DNA of 64,000 nt, from NCBI GenBank assembly GCA_048013815.1, contig CM106585.1, positions 434,001-498,000 on the forward strand, read 5' to 3'. Numbering within the stretch: the first letter of the stretch is position 1; each line of letters starts with the position of its first letter. A program made the translations under genes and the position numbers. Shown here one piece after another: positions 38,403 to 48,300 of this stretch. Below the pieces are notes generated by a model. The model had not been told where the DNA came from and searched no databases. It worked only from the letters and a program-made list of their open reading frames with translations. Origin of the DNA: Setoptus koraiensis. Its lineage: Eukaryota > Animalia > Arthropoda.

Positions 38403-40262
38403 ATGGCTTACAAGATTATTTCCACTCTTTTAATATTAATCGTAATTCCAGCGTTTATTTCTGACATTATCACTAAATGTGAACTTTATACATCAGTATC
38501 GGACCTGGCGAAAATAACCTTGACGCACCAGTCAATTGCATCTATTTTAGATGATCACATAAAATTAGAGGAAGAGCGCCTGGATCGCTTGCGTTCTCTG
38601 AAACAAACCTATTTACAAGATCTCAACAAACTAAAGTCAAAAACAACTAATCATAAGCTAGAAAGCGGTCATGACACATCGCCACACCAAAACCAATATG
38701 TGAATGAGATAGCCGCACATCCAATTAACGCTTTTGTTTCAGTAAAGAGACTGACTAGAGGTATAGATCAAATTTATCATCTTCTAGTCGAAAAAGCCAA
38801 TGAGAATAGTCAGTCAACTAAAGCCAAGATACAAGAATTTGATAATAGTCTACCCAATGAAGATGACTATCAGGGTGTATCCGATGCTATCTTCAGATTA
38901 CAGACTTGCTACAAACTTGATACTCACCATCTTGCACAAGGTAAACTGATAGGAAAATACAACGGAATCATGGGCCTATCAACGTATCAGAAGTATACTG
39001 ATGAGGTCGGCACTCAACTCAATTACGAGGATTGCTTCTCACTCGGTCGGTTAGCCTATGGCAAACAGAAGTTTAGAAGCGCGGTAGAGTGGTTTGAGGA
39101 AGCTTTAAATTTGTATAGAAAATATTTTAAAGACAAACCTCTAAAAAACAACTCTAATGCAACAAGTGCATCTGATAAATATTTGGGATCGATCCAGGAG
39201 GTAGAAGTAACAGAGGAAACAATTCTAGAATACTTGGCATTTTCTGCATTCAAGCGCGGTCAAACCAAGTATGCCTACGAGGTAACTATGCAGTGGCTCG
39301 AGTTGGAACCAGATAATATTAAAGCAAAAGACAACCTAGATTACTATCTTTCAATATTAAATAGAAGAGATACAACCAATGAGAGTCAACCTCCAGGTGC
39401 TACTGCTCTATTCGGTGACACTGGAGGTGACTCAGTCCAGACGGATAAAGTAACCGCAAACACCTTTGTCGGCTCTGCAGGTCATCTGAATCTCTCCTCT
39501 GAAAACGAAGTCACAGAGGCACTGTGCCGAAATGAAAATATTTACCCTAAATCTTTACTGATTCAAAATCTTGGATGTCTCACGATCCCTGCCCAAGTAA
39601 AACTTGAGAATGTGTTCATGCTACATTACAAAAGTGAAATTCTATACACTAGTCCAAAAATAATGAGAATACATGACTTTTTAACAAACGAAGAGAGTCA
39701 CTACTTGAAATCGATCTCCAAATCCAGACTCGAACGGTCTACTGTTCAAACTTCAGATGGTCAGCAACCGTCAGATTTCAGGATTGCCAAGACGGCATGG
39801 CTAGAAGCCAAGGATAAAGTGGTCATGCGTTTAGAGAGGCGCATAAGTGATTTGTTGAATCTTCGATTGGAGCAAGCAGAAAGCCTACAAGTTGTCAACT
39901 ATGGACTTGGTGGCTTCTACACGGCCCACTTTGATTTTGCCCGATCTCAACATAGCGCACAAAGAGTAGATTCAGGAATGTCGGGACTTGCTAAAAACGA
40001 TAGATTAGTGACGTTTCTAATTTACATGAGCGATGTGGAGGCTGGAGGAGCCACAGTTTTCCCCCAACTTGGTGTCACAGTGAAGCCAATCAAAAACTCG
40101 GCTGTAGTTTGGTACAACATCCACAAAAATGGTTTAGGTGATTTCAGAACTAAACATTCTGGTTGTCCCGTGTTGTTCGGATCCAAATGGATAGCTACCA
40201 AATGGCTCCGCGAAGATGCTAACACCTTTACAAGACCTTGTAGTCTTAATCCTAGCGACTAA
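38403..40262 (+). CDS. P4HA: Prolyl 4-hydroxylase alpha subunit, ~619 aa, single exon
   Basis: Signal peptide from Met 38403, ELYTSVSDL N-terminus, HPINAF and a TPR-like region. The 2OG-Fe(II) domain has HFD, the distal H in TKHSGCPVLFGSKWIATKWLRE and DVEAGGATVFP. Confidence 0.95.
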   Translation: MAYKIISTLLILIVIPAFISDIITKCELYTSVSDLAKITLTHQSIASILDDHIKLEEERLDRLRSLKQTYLQDLNKLKSKTTNHKLESGHDTSPHQNQYVNEIAAHPINAFVSVKRLTRGIDQIYHLLVEKANENSQSTKAKIQEFDNSLPNEDDYQGVSDAIFRLQTCYKLDTHHLAQGKLIGKYNGIMGLSTYQKYTDEVGTQLNYEDCFSLGRLAYGKQKFRSAVEWFEEALNLYRKYFKDKPLKNNSNATSASDKYLGSIQEVEVTEETILEYLAFSAFKRGQTKYAYEVTMQWLELEPDNIKAKDNLDYYLSILNRRDTTNESQPPGATALFGDTGGDSVQTDKVTANTFVGSAGHLNLSSENEVTEALCRNENIYPKSLLIQNLGCLTIPAQVKLENVFMLHYKSEILYTSPKIMRIHDFLTNEESHYLKSISKSRLERSTVQTSDGQQPSDFRIAKTAWLEAKDKVVMRLERRISDLLNLRLEQAESLQVVNYGLGGFYTAHFDFARSQHSAQRVDSGMSGLAKNDRLVTFLIYMSDVEAGGATVFPQLGVTVKPIKNSAVVWYNIHKNGLGDFRTKHSGCPVLFGSKWIATKWLREDANTFTRPCSLNPSD

Positions 40263-41350
40263 ACATCTTGTCAACCTAATTGCGACCCTGACCAGTCAGC
40301 TTTGTGAGATGATGAGCGCTCATCAACAATATTTAATGAGTGCGACTGATTGACAAGCTAAGATCGATGCACCGGGGCCGAAATAACATCTGCACAATAC
40401 ATGTACATACGCTATTCCAACCCTCAATTGTCTTACAATACAGGGTGACAAGCTACTTATGAGTTCTATGCGGCAATAAAAAATTTTTGGAACAGATCCC
40501 TGTAATCCAACACACATGTTTGTGTACTGAGTATAGATCTAACGACCTCTCTATCCTAGACCAACCATTGACTATTGGACCCTATGTGAGAATCATTGGA
40601 GGAGAGGCAGAGCTTCCTTCTATACATGCAATCATTTATCTGTCACTTTTGGCCACAAGGAAGTTGATGATGATCAATCCACCAATGGCTAGAGTATGGC
40701 TCTGTTGTGTAGCTGACAGCCATCACTATTAAGTGTTAGATTGGCCAGTGGTATCACTAACTCACATGCATGTGGTAAACTTGGCGTTTATTATATGGTT
40801 ATGAATGAACTGTGAGAGCGATGAATTTCAGCATGTTAATGCTAACTCTCATCAATGATGATTCAGAGTATGCACAACTAAAATGCATTGACTAATCGTT
40901 ATTACTATCGGACTTTTGTCCGACAATGATATCGCACAGACGATCGAACAAACACGACAAGCGCCTAGTACACATCATCACACGCAGTTGTAGTTTAACA
41001 ACTTATGGGAGTGAAATGTTGTTGCATAGTAATGATAGCGATAATATACCGGGGACGCAGACGTAAACGATGCCGATCGTTGCTAGGGTCTCAATTCTTC
41101 ATGAATTAGTTGTTGTTGCAGCTGCATTGTGTGAACAACGGTGTTGCAGTGCAGTAGCGAGCTGTTGGTTACACCTAAAATAATTTGACGTTACATATAA
41201 CTGCCGCTTCTTAACTGTCAACTTTATACGCCGTAGAGTGTAGTTCAAATTGAGACCGTTGCTTGACATTCTTCTAGAAGTTTCTTTTGAGCTGTGTGAC
41301 TTTGCGTCAGACGTTCTGTGCATCAATGATTGGATTATTAGCGTCGTGAG

Positions 41351-41377
41351 GAGAGAGAGAGAGAGAGAGAGAGAGAG
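41351..41377. repeat. (GA)n microsatellite
   Basis: Direct reading. Confidence 0.9.
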
Positions 41378-41958
41378 GGCCAGCAGCATATGATTCTAAC
41401 TACTGATAGCAATTTTGTTTCTGATTGGAGGCTTTAGATAGTTTAAATCTCCGTCAGAAAAGAGATCTGGTTTACAAATGCATGAATTTAAAGTTCTCGT
41501 CTGACTGTCTGATTAGGGCGAAGCAGTAGACCGACGACCACGCAAGGGCTTTACGTACATGATGTGTTATAAAAGCGTGCACTATGCGCACACATGTTAA
41601 CAGAAGTAAGGAGTTAGAGAGCGTAGATAGCGAACAAAGAAAAAGTTTGCACAGAAATGCGCCTATAGCGAGCGTCATCATAAAGCGTTGGGTGCAAGTG
41701 CGTTAGTTCAGGGTAGATGCACTAGTGTGTTTATCTACTGACCGACACTGCCTTACGTGAATGATTGGAGTGCTGTAAACGTCCATGGTGTCATATAAAT
41801 ATTGTCTTGAATGCGCACAACACCGCACACAAAGTTGCACGCTCAGACGTCGCATTGTGTGTTACTGTCGACTGTTGTGCATTCAACTATAGTAGTACAG
41901 ACGGTTCAACGTGTTCTAGTGTTTTGGATGAATACTTTCATACTTTTGCCACTGTATA

Positions 41959-42663
41959 AAGGATGTGTTGCATTTTGGGTCGATTTTGAAAATTTTTGCT
42001 GTGGGTATCTATCGTTGGAGGTATGATAGAGCACCCCGAGTGGCGCCCATCGGGCCGGCCCGCGCACTGGAACCACCTTGCGGTCGGGCGTTACCGCGGT
42101 TTTAGTATTTTTTTTTTGTTTGGGGCCCCACTTCGCATAGAAAGATAGGATCGGCGGAGATGTGACTATGCTCATTGTGTAGAGCGACTCCCAACCGACA
42201 AAATGAGCGAAAAAAATGTTGAAAAAACAACGGAGGTCGGTGTGAAAAACCGCAAGACCCGAGCCCCCTCCCCTGACCGCGCATAGGAGATGTGCAGATT
42301 TCGTCCGCTCATTGGCTGCTCTATTTGCATTTCTCCTATGCGCGGTCAGGGGAGGGGGCTCGGGTCTTGCGGTTTTTCACACCGACCTCCGTTGTTTTTT
42401 CAACATTTTTTTCGCTCATTTTGTCGGTTGGGAGTCGCTCTACACAATGAGCATAGTCACATCTCCGCCGATCCTATCTTTCTATGCGAAGTGGGGCCCC
42501 AAACAAAAAAAAAATACTAAAACCGCGGTAACGCCCGACCGCAAGGTGGTTCCAGTGCGCGGGCCGGCCCGATGGGCGCCACTCGGGGTGCTCTATCATA
42601 CCTCCAACGATAGATACCCACAGCAAAAATTTTCAAAATCGACCCAAAATGCAACACATCCTT
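41959..42663. mobile_element. 705-bp foldback/MITE-like palindromic element (332-bp perfect terminal inverted repeats, 41-bp spacer)
   Basis: 41959-42290 is the exact reverse complement of 42332-42663 by base-by-base reading. The arms are ~51% GC (171/332 by hand count) against AT-richer flanks. No transposase and no clean target-site duplication, so the TE assignment is inference. Confidence 0.65.
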
Positions 42664-42944
42664 GCTATCATACTGTCATCATATTTAAATAATTTAAAAT
42701 TAATTTATTGTCAACTATAATTATTGTACCAAATAGAACAACAAGTTGATTCAGATTCAATTATTGTCATTGAATTGACACAAAACAATCTAACTAAAAA
42801 TTACATCGACCTATTGAAAGGAATAGATCGCAAGTGTGCTGTTGAACAGTCACCATGGGACGACATTCATTGTTGATTAACGACTCAAACAAAAGCATGT
42901 CATTCCTTGCTAGATTGCATGTAGACCTCAATAAATTATTTGGC

Positions 42945-44798
42945 ATGCAAAATGTAATATTATTATTATTACTAGTCAGTCTAGTTCAATATTCGAGTCA
43001 ACAAGAAGCAGCGGCAGCAGTAAAGGAACCATCAAGTGATGACGACAGCCTAAAAGTGACGCCTTCATCAAGCGACGAACAATTGGATGGTGCTGCAGCA
43101 GCTAATAAAGAAGCCGATTATGTTAGCCCCGTCGTTGATAGATATCATTTTTTTGAACATTTTGATGACTCGCTCAAATTCGACGCCAGATGGATAAAGT
43201 CGTCAGATCCTAAATACAGTGGTCAATGGAAACTCGATTCTAGCAAAGAGCTACAAACACAGGCCGATCTACAATTAATATTGGCCACCAAGGCCAACCA
43301 TCATGCTATATCAACCAAATTGGACAAACCGTTTGTATTTGGCAAACAAAAACAATTACAAAAACCTCTTGTTGTACAATACGAGGTTCAGTTTAGAGAG
43401 GGCCTTGACTGTGGTGGCGCATACATGAAGTTGCTAAGAGCGCCATCGAACGATCTCAGTCAACTCAACGATAAGACGCCCTACTCTATTATGTTTGGCC
43501 CGGACAAATGTGGTGGCGACAACAAGCTACATTTTATTGTCAACTATAAGAATCCTGTTACCAAGAAATATGAGGAGAAACATTGGAAATTAAACAAACA
43601 CAACAGCATGATTCAGGTGTTCTCAGACAAACGACCGCATTTCTTCCGTTTGGTTCTGCAGCCGAACGATCTGTTTGAATTGTATGTCGACGACAAACAA
43701 ATAGCCACTGGTTCATTGCTCGAAGACATGGAACCCGCCATCAATCCGCCTAAAGAAATTGTTGACGAAAACGACAAAAAACCGCTAGATTGGGACGAAA
43801 GGCCTAAAATTGAAGATCCAGATGCCAAGAAGCCCGACGATTGGGACGAGGAGGCGCCACGCAAAATAGCCGATCCAACGGCTCAAAAACCTAGCGATTG
43901 GCTAGAGGATGAACCAAAAATGATAGCCGACCCAGAGGCCGTCAAACCCAGCGATTGGGAAACTGAAATGGACGGCGAATGGGAAGCACCTGTCATCGAT
44001 AATCCAGCTTGCAAGACTGCCAAAGGTTGTGGTCCTTGGACGGCACCACTCATTGATAATCCAAATTACAAAGGCAAATGGCGAGCGCCCATGATTGACA
44101 ATCCTGCCTACAAAGGAATCTGGTCACCAAGAATGATACCCAACCCAGATTATTTCCATGACGAAAATCCTTTCAAATCTCTTGATACAATTGATGCAGC
44201 ATCCTTTGAATTGTGGTCCATGTCCGAAATGATAGCATTCGACAACATTCTTATTACTGACGATCTAGATACGGGCAAATTCTTGCAACGTACCACTTGG
44301 CAATTGAAGAAAATAGAGGCCGATGCTTCGTCGCCATCCATCGTCACCAAGTTCTTATCATATACCCAACAATATCCATGGCTATGGGCCGTTTGCGTGC
44401 TGGCCGTTGGTTTGCCGTTATGCCTATTTATAGCTTTCTGCTGCACTGGCAAGAAAACTTCTTCTGAGAGCACCGAACGCATCGCTGCCAATAAAAAAGA
44501 TGATGTTTCATCTCCAGATGCAATACCTGTCGAAGAAGTTAAAGAAGCCGAAGATGACGAGGAGGATGACGAAGAGAAGGAGTTACGACAGAGATATATG
44601 GATAGTGAGTCTGATGATGAATCTAACAAAAATCAACAACAAACTGATGACGAAGAAGACGATGTCGCAGATGATGATGAGGAGGATGAAGAAGAAAAAG
44701 AGGAGGCCTCAGAGGAAGATAGTAAAAAGGTTGCGGGTGATGATGTAAATTCGAAACAGCCTTCAAAGAGGCAAACTCGAAGGAGCAAACGAAATTGA
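42945..44798 (+). CDS. CANX: Calnexin, single exon
   Basis: Signal peptide from Met 42945 (the ORF opens at 42855). Lectin domain with VVQYEVQF..GLDCGGAYMKLL and YSIMFGPDKCG, P-domain repeats (KPDDWDEEAP, KPSDWLEDEP, GEWEAP, GKWRAPMIDNPAYKGIWSPR), a TM helix, an acidic tail and a basic C-terminus (RQTRRSKRN). Confidence 0.97.
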   Translation: MQNVILLLLLVSLVQYSSQQEAAAAVKEPSSDDDSLKVTPSSSDEQLDGAAAANKEADYVSPVVDRYHFFEHFDDSLKFDARWIKSSDPKYSGQWKLDSSKELQTQADLQLILATKANHHAISTKLDKPFVFGKQKQLQKPLVVQYEVQFREGLDCGGAYMKLLRAPSNDLSQLNDKTPYSIMFGPDKCGGDNKLHFIVNYKNPVTKKYEEKHWKLNKHNSMIQVFSDKRPHFFRLVLQPNDLFELYVDDKQIATGSLLEDMEPAINPPKEIVDENDKKPLDWDERPKIEDPDAKKPDDWDEEAPRKIADPTAQKPSDWLEDEPKMIADPEAVKPSDWETEMDGEWEAPVIDNPACKTAKGCGPWTAPLIDNPNYKGKWRAPMIDNPAYKGIWSPRMIPNPDYFHDENPFKSLDTIDAASFELWSMSEMIAFDNILITDDLDTGKFLQRTTWQLKKIEADASSPSIVTKFLSYTQQYPWLWAVCVLAVGLPLCLFIAFCCTGKKTSSESTERIAANKKDDVSSPDAIPVEEVKEAEDDEEDDEEKELRQRYMDSESDDESNKNQQQTDDEEDDVADDDEEDEEEKEEASEEDSKKVAGDDVNSKQPSKRQTRRSKRN

Positions 44799-45321
44799 TA
44801 GTTTTATTTATGATCATTCGTACTCACACATCTAATCGTATATACATATATATATATATATATATATTGTAATAGATATTTAATCTAGCCAGTACTAATT
44901 TCCTCGCTTCATTAGCTCTACTATTAAGCATTCGATTCGTGAAGCTAGAAGATCCCTGTCAAGGATATAATGTGATGTGAACTATTTGCGCAGACATCGA
45001 CCTCATGCACAATTTGTTTTTCTATCACAACAGAAAGCCCATAGTTTTATATTTTAGACTAAAAAAAAAAAAAATAGTTGAGTTGGAAAAGCAGGAATGT
45101 TTATGGCGTAGACCCATATGAAACAGAAATAAAGAATCTATAGTGGTGAAACAAATTTTCATGAAAAAATGTTATTATATTTTAGCTTTGCTTACAGCTC
45201 GTTTTAGAAATTGATCAGAATCTTCTTATTCAATATCAGGATTTTCTACAAATGCTTTCGAGACAGTTCCATTCTGCCCAACACGACGCATCATGTAGTT
45301 ATGATTGCGACAAACAAATAC

Positions 45322-48300
45322 TCAGAAGGCTAGACATTTCAATGAGTTGTATCTTGGCCCATTCAAAAGCCAATAAGTAAGCATTTCACCCTTACCCTTA
45401 ACTTGGACAAGTCCTCGCTTAATAATTACATAAGCTGTTCTTGTGGCTGCTACTGTTGAATTTTCAACTCTATAACTGCTGCTAGGCGATGCTTGCAAAT
45501 GATGAATACTATCGAATTGATTTACAAAAAACTCGCTGGCTTCAAGTAAGGTGTCCCTGAATTGTCCAGTGAGATGAACCTTTTGTGGTAGACCTGTTGA
45601 TTGCATTCTGGAGGCAATATTAATTGTATCACCAAAGAGTGAATATTTTGGTTGTTCACGCGAACCAACTAAACCAGCACAAACAGGGCCGCAATGTAGG
45701 CCGCATCGCAGTGTCAAATGGTAGTCTGGCAGATGTTTAATAGTATACTTTTTGGCTTCATCCAATAGGTCTAGCGCTAACGAGGCCAATAGACAGACGT
45801 GCTTTAGGCCATTACGTAACGGCACTCCAGATGCCAACATTAGACAGTCGCCAATTGTTTCTACTTTGTATATATTATCATACTGATTGATAATTGTATC
45901 AAAGGCACTATAGAGATCATTCAAAAACTCGATAGCCTGTATGGGGGTGCTAATGGAGCTTAATCGAGTAAAGTCAACAATATCAACAAACAATACACTT
46001 ACACATTCGAATAATTCGGCCTCGATTGGTTGATCAAGGCACAACTTTTTTGCTATAACTGGTGGCAACATTTTGTTCAGTAATCTATTTGCGCGTGCTT
46101 TCTCCAGTTGCAATTGTTCAGTTCGTTCATCAATAATTAACTCTAGATTATTTGTGTAGATATCCATTAAATATAGCATATTGTCCATGAGATGATTACT
46201 ATCGTTGCCCCTAGAGTTATTGGCAAGAGTAATGGTATTGCTGTCCAAATCATGGCTACGAACCATGTTTGTTCCGTTCGTTGTTGAATTAATATTTGAC
46301 ACCTTGTGGACCTTGTTAGCTCTATAGTCTAATACGGGCGCCATCATTTGTCGTATTTGACCTATTGATAGAGGCCTCTGGCTTGGCTGTGCCGACCAGC
46401 ACCACCTGATGATTTGAGTTCCAAGCTCAAACAGTAATTCATAGGTTATGTAGCATCCCATAGCTTTGATAGTTTGTGCAGTAGTTTCCGATTGTTTGAC
46501 GCTTGCACCCGTGGCAATAGAATCCGTTTTGTTTGATATTGGTTGATGATGATTCTGACACAGTTCACCAGCTTTAGATCCGACAGATTGCCTCATGTTC
46601 AACGTTGACTGATGACCACCATACCAACGATTACCTATTTTGTCTAGTGGTGGTCGGAAATTGTTTCCTGTTCCACCAATAGTTAGCAGAACCTCTACTA
46701 TATATTTGTGCCTACCGTCTTCATTTGTGAGGCTGACTAGTTCAATTTCACCAAATCGTTGCATGTTGCCTGTCAGTGGGGCGTTCTCAAAATAGCAAGA
46801 CCAAGGCTCTTTACATGTCAGCAATTCGTACAAGACAAAACCCAACGAATACATGTCGCCCATTCTGCCACGTTCACATTTTTTCCTGTAGTCAGTTTTC
46901 ATTAAACTGTCTAATTCAAGATCATTCGATTTAGTTGCTGTATGACGATCCTTTGGCATGGCGTTATCTTTTATTTCCACTATATCTGCAAGCAGTTCTG
47001 GAGCCAGATAGATATATTTCTCATAATTAACTCGGTCAGGTATAAACGGTGAACGATTGACATGTTCGGTAGTTAACGTTGATCGACTCTCGCCTTGGGT
47101 ATGATTGTCGGCGCTACTTGTGATATTCTGAATGTAACCTGATAAATTCAGAGTATTATTTATGTGTGTCTGGTAGAAATCAGTCAACTTGAGTGTCCAT
47201 CTACTATCGACAAGACAGTTCGTTGCCTTGAGATTTCCATGATAACCTATGGAGGGCAAGTTTGCATGGATATAATCAAGACCTCGCAACAAATCATTCA
47301 TTAATGATATCACAATAAATATGCTCAATGATGAGCTTAGATTTTGCCCAGAGAGAACGTCCCTAAGGCTTCCTCTTGAGGTATGGTCAACTAAAATAAA
47401 ACAATCAATTACTGGCCATCTACCTTGGTCGTCTGAATTGTCTTCAACAAAGCAAAGAGGCTCCTTCTTCTTCTTCTTCTTCTGATCACCATTTGTACCT
47501 GATGTAGATTCGTTCTGTTTTTGACATTTCTTGGTGCATTTTATTTTGCTGTCGCCATCAAAATTACAGGTCGCTAATTGATTAAAGTCATAGGCCAACC
47601 CTATCATAGGTAAAACGTTTGCGTGCCGAATTTGTCTCAGTGTCGACAGTAAATTGTTGATCTGATTGTTTAGCTGCATGAAATTTTTACTATGTGCAAC
47701 AAATGGCATTGTTGTTGTTGTTTTCTGGAGAATTTCCTCCTCTTGGTCGACTTGATAATTCTGCTTTCGTTGATGTGGGGACAATTTCATATCCTTGGCC
47801 ATCATTTGAATAGATTCATAATGTCTCTTGGCGTGATGATGGCCGTCCCGGTAGCCGAGTGTTTTTGATAGATTTGAGCGAAGCTTAACACATTCTGATG
47901 CTAACGACACCAATCCAGACAGCAACGACCGCGACCAACCAGCCGAATATTTCGAGGTTGACGATTTAACAATTCTCTCATCTTGTTTGGCTCTTTTTCT
48001 TGTAAGATCAAATCGCAACTTGATTAATTGCTCCAAATAATAATGCCAGTTGTCATGAGATGTTAGAAGATTGTTGCCATGAGACAGTTCAGGTTGGAAT
48101 TTTTTACATGCAACTAGATTCTCTTTGAGCAGGGCCAATTTAAAGATAGTTTGATCGCCGTTGGCGACATCTTTGGTTGCTGCATTATACTTGTCACTAT
48201 TGTCATTCAAATTTGTTTTATTTCTATTAGCTGCTGCATGGATATTGTCGTTGATCGGACGGAGATCGCGACGCAAACTTAACAATACCTCGCTGGCCAC

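Noticed and set aside
40589-40650. RIIGGEA resembling a trypsin activation site
   Set aside because: No downstream His/Asp/Ser catalytic motifs or CGG motif were found in any frame, so it is a likely chance match.
42291-42331. ER-stress element (CCAAT-N9-CCACG) upstream of calnexin
   Set aside because: The CCAAT is present on the minus strand, but nine bases later the sequence is AAATC, not CCACG.
41906-42692. ORFs inside the palindrome
   Set aside because: Mirror-image short ORFs created by the inverted repeat, with no transposase motifs.
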